Of a stretch of 64,000 bases of DNA, positions 13,522 through 25,800 are shown in pieces. The notes beneath the pieces are model-generated. The model saw only the letters and a program-made list of their open reading frames with translations, searched no databases and was not told the origin of the DNA. This DNA is from Laetmonice hystrix (lineage: Eukaryota), in NCBI GenBank assembly GCA_965235115.1, contig OZ249436.1, positions 14,076,001-14,140,000 of the forward strand, given 5' to 3'. Each line of letters opens with the position of its first letter. The stretch's first letter is position 1. The position numbers were made by a program, and so were the translations under genes.

Positions 13522-14295
13522 TTATGAGGCGTTCACAGCCTTTTTCCACCCTGGGATCCATTTGTTTAAGTCTTCCACCTCACCGCATGCAACCCATTCA
13601 TTTTCTGATTCTAGGCTCTCAATCCGCCGCTTACATTGGGTTAGCTCTTTCGACAGTCCTGTATTATCACTGGAAATCTTGTGGATTTGGCTCTGTATGT
13701 CTTTTTTCAGTTTAATATTTTCGGTCGACAGACGCCTGATCTCTGATGTCAACTCATCAGGTGTTGTAGGTTTGGCCTCCATTTGTTCTTCAATCACGTT
13801 CTTTAACGTCTGCAGCTCCAATTGCAATTGGGAGAGTTCGGTCCTGAGCTGGTGACACTCACATGGAGGATTGGTGGTTGTTTGTGTCTCCTGGTCAGCC
13901 AGAGCGATAGGCGAACATGAGGGTCTGCTTGTCATCTCTGCCACAAGAGGCATAGATCTACCCTCGGACAAAACACTGACCTGGCTGGTTCGCTGTATTT
14001 TCTGCTGGGACTTTCCCTGTCTTACTGTCGCTGGAGTCTTCCGCCGCTGGTTCTGCTTGTGACGTGGCGTCTGTTGGCGGGGCAGTTTGTTGGGCTGTGG
14101 CTTTCTTGATGATCTTCTCTTCGGCATCCATTCTTGTCTTTGGGGCTTAACAGGTGCAGAAGCCCTAGTGAAGCACTTCCTGGCATAGTGTCCAGGCCTG
14201 CCACATTTGTAGCATACCTGACCATAGGCTGGACACTGGTGTTGAGCTGTCCAAAGCCATCCACAGCGATAACAATCGTCCCTCCATTTTATCAT
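13522..14295 (-). CDS. Gag-derived protein: two zinc knuckles, basic linker and coiled coil (257 aa from first ATG)
   Basis: CYRCG-x6-HQC followed by CYKCGRPGHYARKC (CX2CX4HX4C). K/R/Q-rich linker, then heptads LRTELSQLQLELQTLKNV and LTSEIRRLSTENIKLKK. The frame is uninterrupted. Confidence 0.8.
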   Translation of the reverse strand: MIKWRDDCYRCGWLWTAQHQCPAYGQVCYKCGRPGHYARKCFTRASAPVKPQRQEWMPKRRSSRKPQPNKLPRQQTPRHKQNQRRKTPATVRQGKSQQKIQRTSQVSVLSEGRSMPLVAEMTSRPSCSPIALADQETQTTTNPPCECHQLRTELSQLQLELQTLKNVIEEQMEAKPTTPDELTSEIRRLSTENIKLKKDIQSQIHKISSDNTGLSKELTQCKRRIESLESENEWVACGEVEDLNKWIPGWKKAVNAS

Positions 14296-14330
14296 GTCTT
14301 CAGGTACGGGAAAGCGTGTAAAGTTTACAC

Positions 14331-14348
14331 TACCCGGGTTCTCCACCA
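14331..14348 (-). other. Primer-binding site (tRNA-Ala-like)
   Basis: TGGTGGAGAACCCGGGTA 1 nt after the 5' LTR; TGGTGGAGAA matches the complement of tRNA-Ala 3' ends. Confidence 0.8.
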
Positions 14349-14349
14349 A

Positions 14350-14707
14350 TGAACTATCCTGCTATCTCGATTGGGAAGTATGACTCCAACTCCGTTGTTC
14401 CAGGGTAGTATATGTATTTTAATGGTCGAGATGCACAGGTATAGAACTAATACTAACTCTGATTTCTCAGGTAGAGAAATCTTTCTTATAATACACGTAG
14501 TGGTTGCTCAGGGATCAGTGCTACGGCAACTGTCCATGGCTACATACACAAACTTAAAACATTATACCGCTGGTAACCACTAAACATTGGTTACCAATAC
14601 ATTCTTATAATTTATGGTTATATTACTTTACATAATCCGGATATTAACTGGCTTAGACATGTATGTAGATAGTAAACTTGTCAGGGGAGAGAAACCTGGC
14701 CATGACA
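14350..14707 (-). repeat. 5' LTR
   Basis: Direct repeat of 12059-12416. Confidence 0.93.
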
Positions 14708-16928
14708 CTGTGACGACAGATTTCTGAACCGTCCCATGCTAGGGCAGAATTGGTCATTTAAAGCACGTGCCCTCATGTAGAAAATTAATTCCACAGTTGG
14801 GGCGCTGATGGGTCTAATATCTGTTTCAAAAGTCTACGTAATTCGTGTCCGAGTCTCTAACCTATAATTATGCTGAACTCACTTTTAGCCCCCAAATCGC
14901 ACGTACTAGATAAAGGAAAAGATTTCCTATGCTTGTGGGCTTATCAGTGTTGGGAAGACAGGTATATTAATATTGTATGATTAGGTATCTTTCCTATTCC
15001 TAATACCACCGAATCACACTGTATGAATGGGCCCCCTTCCTCTCCCGTAAGTCAACAGAGCTCTGGCCCCTATTACTGCCGGAGGCGGATATTTCTACCT
15101 TCACCCGGGCAGTACACGCAGGTACTACTCTCGGCAAATGACAACCTATAAAACAGCAGATATTGCCTTTGCTAGACATGGATAAAAGTTTCCTTCAATG
15201 GGCTATAATTACGTTTGCTAAATGGCCGTCTCCATCGACTGAGGACAATGGTGGTGGTTTCAGTGAACACCTTCGTACCCATGGCGAGGGGACGGGGTTG
15301 CTGGACCCTGCAGTGACCACAACCCCTTGATCTGGAGATAAGCGAAGCCAAACCTGTCGTTTTGACACGGCGAACTGGTAAATCTATAACGTTCTCTACG
15401 GTGGGATAAAAGGACAGGGTCACCCATGGGATTCGAACGCCTTTACGTAAATGGGGCGATTCGTTGAAAACAGAAGACGCTGCGTTTGTTGGTAATTAAA
15501 GAAAAGTTCTTTGAAAGAATAGTCGGCAATTAGGACTGGAGATAATTTCCTATAATATATACCTGGTACGCTATATTTTACGTTTATTGTACGCTCTTGG
15601 TAGTTTTTCTTATAACATAATTGAAATACATCGAGAGTTGAAGTCTTCAATTCCTACATAATAGATTTGTATTTGACTATAACATGCCAGCGATTTGGAG
15701 GACTCCCTCCTCCACCTGACGTGACACAACCCTTGTCATTATAATACTGTGATTTTTGATATAATAATACAATAGACTCGACAGTAATTGGGCAGGCTGT
15801 AAACCTATAGTATACATTGCCCTTGCTCTAAAATAAATAGGAACTGCACGCCACATTGATTCAGTAACAGATGTAGATCCTTTTCTACATGCACGGTATG
15901 GTTACAGAATACCCAACCATTATATGTTATAGATACTATGGTTAGCCACCAATACATATACTTTCACTAGGCCAGCTAATTTTATTCTACATATTAAATG
16001 ACATCTGTATAATCATGGTTATAATGGTTGAACCAATCCTTCCACTCTCTGAACAACAATGCAGTTGGGGTGTAAATCGAAACATACAGAAATGGTAACA
16101 ACTGGGCATGTATGGCAAGGGGGCCAATTAGTCTCCTGTGCCTGTCGTCTTGCTGCACCAGAAGTTCAAGAATACCACAGTCAATGTTTACGGATCTATG
16201 GCCGACTTGAGGTGGCCGTGCAACAAGTAAGCACTGAGTAAAATGAGCGGAAAATTCGACATTACCTAAAACCCATGTGCTACCAACGGACGCCATAATC
16301 ACCTTAGGCCATAATGCTGGTCTGAACTCTTGAGACCAGCTTAAGAACGAAAAAGAAAATACTAATCCTGGTAAAGCGTTGGAATAATTTCCACACCATT
16401 TATAATTATACGACTTTTCCCTACATGTTCATATCTGGCAAAACGTTTTTAGGTTTTACAGTGTTTCTTGAGGATTAGTTATATATATTTCGGTTCTTCC
16501 TATAAGGTCACCTGTACTTGTTTGATGGGACTGAGTGCCTCATTGTGGTCCGACTTGGTGTTTTATTTGTCATAATGAAAACCTGTATCAGGCGGAGGAA
16601 GTGAAGATGGAATTTTTCTATCGTTTTCCCTTCTCTTTTTGATTGAGAACCTGTTTTTCTTCCGTTTAGTGTTTCTACTTCAATGGGCCATGCATGATGA
16701 CGTTGTTGTAAACTACATATCAACAAAAGACAACACAGTGCCTACTTCAAAGTAGACAAGAATGTATTCATGTTTTCATGTCAATCATTTGTTCATCTTA
16801 AAGGTACCAAGTTCGAAGTTCGTGAGGCGCATACCTTAACCTTTGAAACAGAGCGCCCACTAATATTGCTCTAGATCCAATGTATGTTAGCTTCTGTCAG
16901 CTCCGCGTACCTCTTGTTCATGTATTAA

Positions 16929-17310
16929 AGCGACATGTTCAATTCCTCTAAAGGTTACCTTTTATCCTCAGCAACACCATGTTAAAACTTCATGTTTGAA
17001 TGAGTGAAAGTATAGAAAAATGATGTTACGATTGGTCGTCCCGCTACCGTTCGCACCAGACGCTATCTGCGAGGTGAGGCTCGTAGGGGATTCCTCTACA
17101 TATCCGACTAATTCAGCATGCACTACTTTCGGTATGGTCGTATTTAGGACAATCCCTACGGGAGCCTCACCTCGCAGGGTGAGGTCCGAACGCTAACGAG
17201 ACGGTCAGTTATATTAACTTCATTTTTCTATACTTTCATCCATCGTTCAAACATGACATTTTAACATGATGTTGTCGAGGATAAAGTTTTGAGGGATTTA
17301 ACATGCCGCT
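16929..17310. mobile_element. Foldback MITE, Kolobok-like
   Basis: TTAA on both sides, termini AGCGACATG / CATGCCGCT, and nearly the whole element is an imperfect palindrome. Confidence 0.8.
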
Positions 17311-19853
17311 TTAAGTACACCTGTTATTTCAAGATATCACTTGAAATGTCTAACGGTGATCTCCCCATTGTATTTGGTCAAAGAGTTTAATAATATATCG
17401 GCCATAATTATGTACTTTAACTGTCCGCAGACTGGTAGCACTTTGAGAATACTTAACGGTATCGCATCCATGTACTAATTATCAGCTTAGCCTAGGGGTC
17501 ACCCAGTTACATTTAGTAACATATCTTTTGTCCATATTGACAGACCTGCAATAAAATCTTTTCGATCCTTCACACTATTGTAGTGCAGAGATCAAGTCGA
17601 GGCCAGTTTCACCAGGGGTAAACTCGACGGCCGGAGGGTGAACGTGTCCTGCACTCATACAGACAATCAGCGCCTGCCACCCATCCCATCTACCAAGGCG
17701 CTATAATAACGGCCAATACGACTCACATTGCTGCCTGTAGGAACCCGATAGGGTCGTCTCTACAATGTACCACTATCGTCACCAATAGATCAATTCAACA
17801 GGTGTTTACACCAGGCACCGCATTGTAACTTGGCAACACCTATACTGACATTTGTTCCGGTTACGAGAGACAGGCTTTCTGTAATAGAAAGTAACTCAAC
17901 AGTTGTATCAAGACCTGATGCGTATCTGTGGAGTGTTAGGAGGATCGTGCGTCGTGGCACCGGAGTACAGCCACTTTACTGGACCCCTCTCGATTTCAAA
18001 AGCCTGGTGTAGACCTGAAAGGTATCTAACACCTCTGTCCATGTAAACATACATTTGTATACTGTATACCTATGTGGGCCTGTACGATACTATGTAATTA
18101 ATATCAGTATTACGGGTGGGGGAGGTCACATCATATGTTTATTTATTCCTTATCATGAAGACGGTTATGTCAGCCAACTGTAAATGTATCAATCTATTGG
18201 ACTTCTATTTCTTTTTTTCACTTTTTTCAAGACATAGACTAACATTTATATAAAGGTCCATCTTTACAACCTTCCCTACTGAACACCTGAAGACACCGTG
18301 AAATTACACACCCATTTCAGCTAATACTGGGCTGGGTAACTGTGTTAATAGGTGACATAAATATTCCATCCACTGATCTGGTGTCGTCATGAGCGCGACC
18401 TCGTAAATCTGTTGGGCATCACGTCTCGTCTTTGACTCCAGGTGGTCCTCCCCTCGCCGCCAGCATCACCGACCGGGCACCCGTCCATGGAGGAGGGTTT
18501 TTATACCAGAAACACGCAGACGAGACATATTCATTATTACTTATGTCTGTGACGGTGTAGACTCACTGCTAATAACTTGATGCGTTCTTAATGTTGTAGG
18601 TTTGAACCTCATTAGTTTGGCGAATGGATCGTGTAAACCACGCTGCAACTGACTGGGTTGAGAGTTGCGGGACCAAAGAGATCTAAAAGGAGCAGCTAAA
18701 GCTATTGGTAAACCGGAGTGTGTAGGGTTCACTATACGGTTCATGGGGTACGCCTGCTGGCCTACCTACCCCAGTGAAATTCTTTAAGCTGTGCATTATG
18801 ACCACATGGGTTCAGTTGCTAGACGCTAGCGCCTTCCGTCCCTCCTCCGGCACGGATCTGTCGGCAACTGTCGGGATCATAGTGATCATAGTGCATACTC
18901 TGGCCTCCCAATAACCCCTGAGATTCGCAAACCCGTGGAAACCTAAAAGGAAGCGACTGCTTCCTACGGGGTCGAAACATCGCGGCCCACAGCCAGCCGC
19001 CGCGAGCGACGTCTACGAGTGGTGAAAAAGCTCGACCAGCGGTGCCAGGTTGACACGGAAGTCCGGGATGATACGGAGGCCTACTGTGGGTTCGGAGGTT
19101 GGCAACACGGGCCACATGGCGACACAGAAGGGCGCTGGATAAGTCGGTCTTTCCGCCGTCGGAATTCGCCAGCGCCAGGCATTTGTTCGACGTGCTTTTA
19201 CTGCACAACTATCCACATCACATTGTTGAGTCACTTTGTTGAAACTGGAGTTACCCCGACCATTTTATATTCAACAATCTTGGAGTACACGTGTGCTGCT
19301 GGATGTGTTTTTTTCCGTAGATCTTTGGCACCCCACATCCTATATTGTTCGGAGTACCTGGAATGTACACAGCTCAACGGCAAGTTATCACGGGCTGCCT
19401 TTATGCAAAGAAATAGCGTTTAAGAGCGGATTTTCTGTTGTGTGCATAATTTATGCCGGTGGAAGATATACCATAGGGAGGTTGGTGTGAATGGATGGTT
19501 TTTACCGTTGCTCTCCGCTGAATGGTTTGTACCAGCAAGACATCATCAGGAGTATGCGTGGGTTACATTAAGTGTTGCACGGCATTGTGTGTTAAGATAC
19601 GGTAAGCGGAGAGACGGCCACAGTAAGTGTTCGTACCCTCCTGTATACCGGTATCCATGCCAGCCCGCCGTGCGTGACTCCCGTGACAGGATTGATCACC
19701 GCCGGCCCAGGACAGCTCCTGTAACCGCCAGCTCAGGAGGAGTTCTCACACGGCCCTCGGAGATACCCTTAACCAGCGTCCCTTTGATCTGCTCGGAGAC
19801 CACTACACCTGCTCTATGTTTCTCCAGTAGAGTCAGACGGGCAACCATCCACA

Positions 19854-19864
19854 ATGATTATCAG
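19854..19864 (+). CDS. THSD4-like coding exon 1 (start codon, MII)
   Basis: Acceptor tttctccag at 19827, ACAATG context, donor CAG|GTAAGT, phase 2 fits the next exon. Confidence 0.6.
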
Positions 19865-22800
19865 GTAAGTAAGCAACATGGAGTCCATGCCACAGAGTAG
19901 AACATGCATGCACGCCTGAGCGGAGGCCCGGGTTTGGTCCGAGTCTGTCCCATGTGGGCAGGTGATGGGGCTGGCCCGGATAAAGTTGAAACCTCATCCT
20001 CAAACTCTTCACCGCTTTAACCAGCTACGCTCTGCTGGACCACATAACATGCATACAGCCCGGCTGATTACCCAGCTTGTGTGCCATTCTCCTTTTTCAT
20101 GTCCGTCACAAACCAAAGATTTTTTTCCTGATTACTCTTGACCTATCAAAGTTACCCTACACTTTCGCTGTGGCTCTGCGATCGGGTTGTGGTATAAACA
20201 TGACAGTCACGCTCAGGATTTAAATTCAATTAAAAATACCTTTGTCCATCCGTTTCCGCCTTGTTATGCCGTTGTTAAGCCTGTATTTAGATGTGAAGTG
20301 ACTTACGTGATGGTCTATGCAGTTCCCAGGGCAGACTTTCGGTATAGCTGAGTGGTAATATATTACCAAAACAGACAAAAAACACAAGACCGTGTTTTTA
20401 TATGCGTCGCCTGGTGGATATAAAACACGTTAATTGACGACCCACCGACATAAGATACACGTCCTCCCGGACTGTGGCCATAGTCCTGTACTATGTCACT
20501 GACAGTACGACCGTACGCTGAAACATAGCTGTCTGCCTTGGCCGCCCATACAATAATACATATACAGCACAGGGTGTTGAATTGCCTTTATATTCTGGCA
20601 CAGCCTGCTGTTGACATCGTCTGAAGTCCCAAGTAAATATGTCGCTCTTTTTTAAGCTCGTACTTTGCACCATTCATACATTTGTCTCTTCAATTAGCAA
20701 CAGCCTTGCTTCTGTTAACGTTGAAGGACTGGTATATATTATCCTGTGCTAAATGAAGACTAAATTCAGACATTATGCATTTTGATTTTGTTTACATATG
20801 CTCATCTTTCTTGATATACTTTGACACGACTAGAATTGGAACGCCCGCACTGCTGTGTACACCAATGATAAATGTGCCGAATAGCCACTTTGTCAAAAGG
20901 CATTTTTTATCACTGACCCCGTCACCTGACCCACCTTCTGTGCTCAGCAACGAAAAAACTCACGGTCGGTTGACGAGAGCCTATAGGCTATATTTTATAT
21001 AACATATTCATGCCTTCTATGTTATCCCATGTAGACTTGTGTTTGAGTTCCCGAGAGAAAGGGCAATACAGTCATGATCATTTACCAAGGAATAAACAGA
21101 CCGCGAAAAACATTATTCTCGATTTCACTTTGAGAATTAAAAAGTGCCTCTAAATGCAGTCGTCAGTCTTCAGAATTTTCGCATTACATTTTCTTGGAGA
21201 GTAGGATACCCTACATAGAATGGAATGTAAAGTTTTGGGAGTCAAGTCCCGATTATTTTATCGATAGCATTGTAATAATGTTTTCACGGGTACGTTGTTT
21301 GAAAAACACTCTTTGGATTTCGAGCAAAAAGGGGAAAGAATCACTGAACACCCATACGAAATGAACACCTCTGCTGTCAACACCCCTTCTCCCTCCACGA
21401 ACCTCGGCTGCCCTGACATACTTGAGGGTTTTTCATTAGCTGAGTAGTATTTAGAAATGTCACGTCCTTTAAGTGTGCCTCCGATGTTGAGCACGAATAG
21501 GACATATAGTCATAGGGCCAGGACTTGTCACTCAGCAGCTGCGGACGGGAGAGAAAGCCAGTGGAAGGAAGTGTAACTCAGCATGAGGTCTTACAGGTCC
21601 TGGACACAGATAGACGTACATACATTGAATTATAACCAAACCTGACAGGGATATGAAGGCACCCCGCGTGTCACAATATATACCACGAATCGTTGCAGCA
21701 AACTGAAGCCCCACGATTAATGGTCTGCCAATCTACACACTGATCCTTCATACGCCGGACAAAGGAAACGGGGTCGGGGACAAGGGAGTTAGGGAGAAGA
21801 CACTGACCCTAGAAATTGGCAAAGTGGCTGTTGAACGCCGGTGGTATCAAACTATGCCTTTCGATTGGCCGTGTATGATTGATGCCCGGTAATTACCAGA
21901 GTATACGATGATGGTCCTCTGGCAGGGGACCGCCCTCAACAAAGACGAGAAGGATTCTAATGGATAAGGCGGTACATGGAGACAGAATATATACGGGCGG
22001 ATCTCGCCTACCGTGCGGTGGAAAACGGCGGGTCCTGGGTCTTGAGCAAACTGCCGCCAAGTTTGGCACACACGATGATACCATGGTTATACCAACGTTG
22101 GTTATACCAACGTTGGTTATACCAACGTTGGTTATACCAACGCCAATAGATAGTCTCGTTGGTTATACCGAGTACAGAGTTGGCCGGCTGTAGGGAATCT
22201 TTAACGTCCTGGTTTTATACGACGTAGTCCGCAATCTACGTTTTGGTATCTTTGGAATACCAAGTTTACGATTTTAATTCACCACTACGAACCCCAGAAA
22301 ATCTGTAAATATTTATATTCCACTTTTTACCCTTTTTTTCTTTATAATTTATTTATTTTTTATTGGTTGCCTATATCTCGTCCCTTAAGGCGACCCTGAG
22401 TCAATTTCCTTGCCATATGATGACTCCTGGCAAACGGAGGTTATGATATCGATATACCCGAGAGTTTGGTTCCCAGACACTACCATTGACCCAGACATAG
22501 CGAGAAGATATACCATTACGGAAAGTATTAAATCTTTCGTTTGATGACTGTGGGGGTTCCTTGGTTGGGTTGCACTCCGTCGAGACGGCAGGTCTATTGG
22601 AACCACGCTGTGACTATATATTCCAGTTTAACGATCTAACATGCTGGCCAACATAAAGAGTGGCTGAGGTCTCACTCCAAGTTAACTTCATTTACGGTCC
22701 AAGAAAAAGTCTATGAAGTGTTTCACTGACGGGAACGAATTCCTCCCTGCTCAGCGGTAACACCATTGGTGCGGTATTGGCTCTCTTTCGGTCCATCAAG

Positions 22801-25800
22801 AATTGCTTCTAATGGCCGCCCGTTGACAAACGCGACATAAAAAGTCCATAACTGTAGCTTTGTTGGTGGCTATGGTGAGGTCGTTTTCACTAATACTGTC
22901 GTCATGTGTTATTAGTTGTGACGTTAATGGACCCGTCCATGTCTTAGGTTTCACATGCTGATGTGTCCTTTAGGTGTTAATCCGTCATTACGCACTTTAT
23001 CCTGTAACATTTGGGTTTCTAAATCACCATGATGAGGGCAAACGTTCCTGGCTGTTATAATTGGCTGTTTCCTCGGCAATTTTATCACTTCTTCGTCTTC
23101 ACGAATGATGGAGATTGGATATTGTAGGTTCCCGAGCGTCTCATGTATTCAGGAAGGCCGTCTCCATTTTGAATTACAAAATACATGTGCAGATGTCTGT
23201 GTAAGTTCGTAATTACCAGGGCCGTATGGAGGTTTTTTAATGGGGGACTTTTTTTTAAACTTATAGCTTCTACGACATGTAGGTCAAGCATGGCATAATA
23301 TGATTATTTCCATAAATATCAAGTAGACGCTGATATAGTATTTAAAATTAAAATAAAACCGGAATTATAAAATTCATCCATGTACCATCACATAACTTGC
23401 TGATCTGACTCTGCAGATGAATTCACCCTTATCCCTGTTTAGCAGTGACATATTATTTTGTATGGATTCAGGCTACTATTTTGTATCAGTCTCACACTGG
23501 GTTGTGCCTAGTGCACCAGTAGACCGGCAGCAGGATAATTCAGGGCAATCCAAATGAGGCTTTGCATTTAAGTAGGCTGAGATGTAACAACAAAATAAAT
23601 GTTTCCCAAATAGTATACAATGTATACAATCCATATATATCATCTTCACCTCGTATTTGCTTGAGGACGCTATCAGCTGGAGGACAGCAAGTTGTCCATA
23701 TGAATTGATAGGGTAGCCTCTAACTGCTCGGATCCATGGATGTGGCGGCAATTACCCTGGTAATTGGACCAATCAGGAACGTTTACATAACCCATCACAA
23801 ACACGAGCCTGCCGATGTTCACATGAAAGCGACCTTTCAGGCCTTATTAACATCACCGAATGGGGTGGGCGATGGTGGAGCGGCACTGCGGGTTGGCTGG
23901 CTGCAAGGGAGGCAGGTTCCCGCAGAGAGCTTTACGAGCGTTGTGAGGTTATCATTAAATATCGTCACGCCTGGGCAGAGGCACTTCTTCCAACCTCTGT
24001 ACCTCCCGTCGGAGTCTTGGGGAGTGCTCCGAAACACGGCAGACGGGCAGCCGGCCAAACACGGTCAGATTAGCCAGGACTTGGACGGCCATATTTTACC
24101 GGGACGTTTCAAAAAGAATACTTCGCCATCCCCATATAACCAGGCGTTCATCCATGTGTCGTTCAGGACTCGGTGACTTTTGCTATAACCACACCACATT
24201 ACTTTATCGTTAACTGGTTGTTTACTTCGTATTCCTTCAAATCTCTGGCTTCAACCTGCTGAACTCTGCTTCAAGTCTTCACCACCTAATAGTTCTAACT
24301 ACCAGTTCCTGCACACAAGCACGCGCGCCCGGACGCAGGCGCCCTGACGTGTGTAATTATTATTATTTTAAACGTGGCACAATGTCCACCAGTAAAGGTG
24401 CAGAGTTTCAAACCCACAGAGAAGAGCCTTTATCAGTGAAGCTTTGGGATGCCAGCGTTTCCCCTCCGACTTTTTTCCCCTAAAGTAGGGCAGACTGTTG
24501 ACATAAGGAGACGACACATCGTTTTCTGTAAAGGGCACCTCTCACTTATTAAGTGAGAGTTTGGTCAAATAGAAGTATTACCGGGACGAGAATTAGAGTC
24601 CTCGGCACGTGTGTGACACGTGGTAACTGTAAATTACTTTATGCTAATTACACACAATGTTGCCTGCAAGGTCTGCACTAACTTCGACAGACTAAACAGA
24701 CGAGTTTTCAAGCACATGTTACTTTGCTCTCGTACTTATAGGGTTAAATTTTACTGCATTCCTTTCATGCCCAGGTGGCAACTTTAAAAAAATACTTCTG
24801 CTATATATTTTTATATTTAAGCTTCCTCTGTAATGCCCCTAAAGATCTAGTTCACATGCCTCCACTATACTGTCTAGATGTTATCAATGACGAACTGGCA
24901 ATATGGCGATTACGACCAGCCCAATCAGCCGGAAATCTGTTTCGCGTTTCAAGCTGGCAAGACCCCCGTCGCCATTCATTGTTTGGGGACGCCTACACCC
25001 AGGAGGTTTCAGTGTCAACTACACTCAACAAGACAAAACATCTCACCCAAACTGAATTCGGCTCCACCAATCAATGCAACTGCTTGGAATATACTCAAGA
25101 CCCTCCTGAAGATAATATCAAGACAGTAAAATGGAATTAAAGCCTTATAAGTAACGTTAGAATTGTTGTATTGATAATCCGAAGAAAGGTGCATGAGATG
25201 TTACCTGAAGATGGAAGTAGCTGAGATTCCTCTATGTAAGGTGTACGGAGTACGCTAATTGACAGTAAACGGTCATCATGGCTGACACTTGTGACCAGAC
25301 GGTTCAAGCATATAACAAACAATATGTCTTTTACAAAAAAAATATATATATATATATATAGAGTACTTATCGCATTTTAAAATATTTCTGACATTTGCAC
25401 GTTCAGGCGCGGTTCAAGGTCCTCAAGAAAATAGGCTTATTACACAGGCCCAAAATAGTTGTGTCCCGTAGAGCGTTTGCCCATTGAAAAGCATTTGTGT
25501 GCCACCCAGTAGACTGCTCCTTTTGTTTCAGACCCTGACGTTCACAAAAAGGAGAATTGTCTTTCCTGTCATATTTCTTTCTTACGTTATGTACCCACTG
25601 GGAGAGACTGATGAAATTATACGTCAATGGATATCTTGTGACAGCTATAGTAGGTGTTGGTTAAATAAAAATGTTCAAACAGCTATTTTTGTTATAAACC
25701 GGCCATTTCATACTGCGCCTTTATAGGGTCTAGGTCAGTGATGGAGAACATGCCAGCTCATCCTTAATCCATTACCGTAAATACAAAGGTATATATGGAC

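Larger units (their letters stand above)
12059..14707 (-). mobile_element. Non-autonomous LTR retroelement (Gypsy/Mag-like), no pol
   Basis: Two 358-bp LTRs (TG...CA) with no difference seen by eye, 4-bp TSD CTGT (12055-12058, 14708-14711), PBS, PPT and one zinc-knuckle ORF. Confidence 0.93.

Noticed and set aside
14296..14349. TTG start of the 275-aa ORF
   Set aside because: Lies in the PBS; the ATG at 14295 is the more plausible eukaryotic start.
20345..20360. tRNA gene (A-box TAGCTGAGTGG)
   Set aside because: No B-box or cloverleaf; at most a SINE-head remnant.
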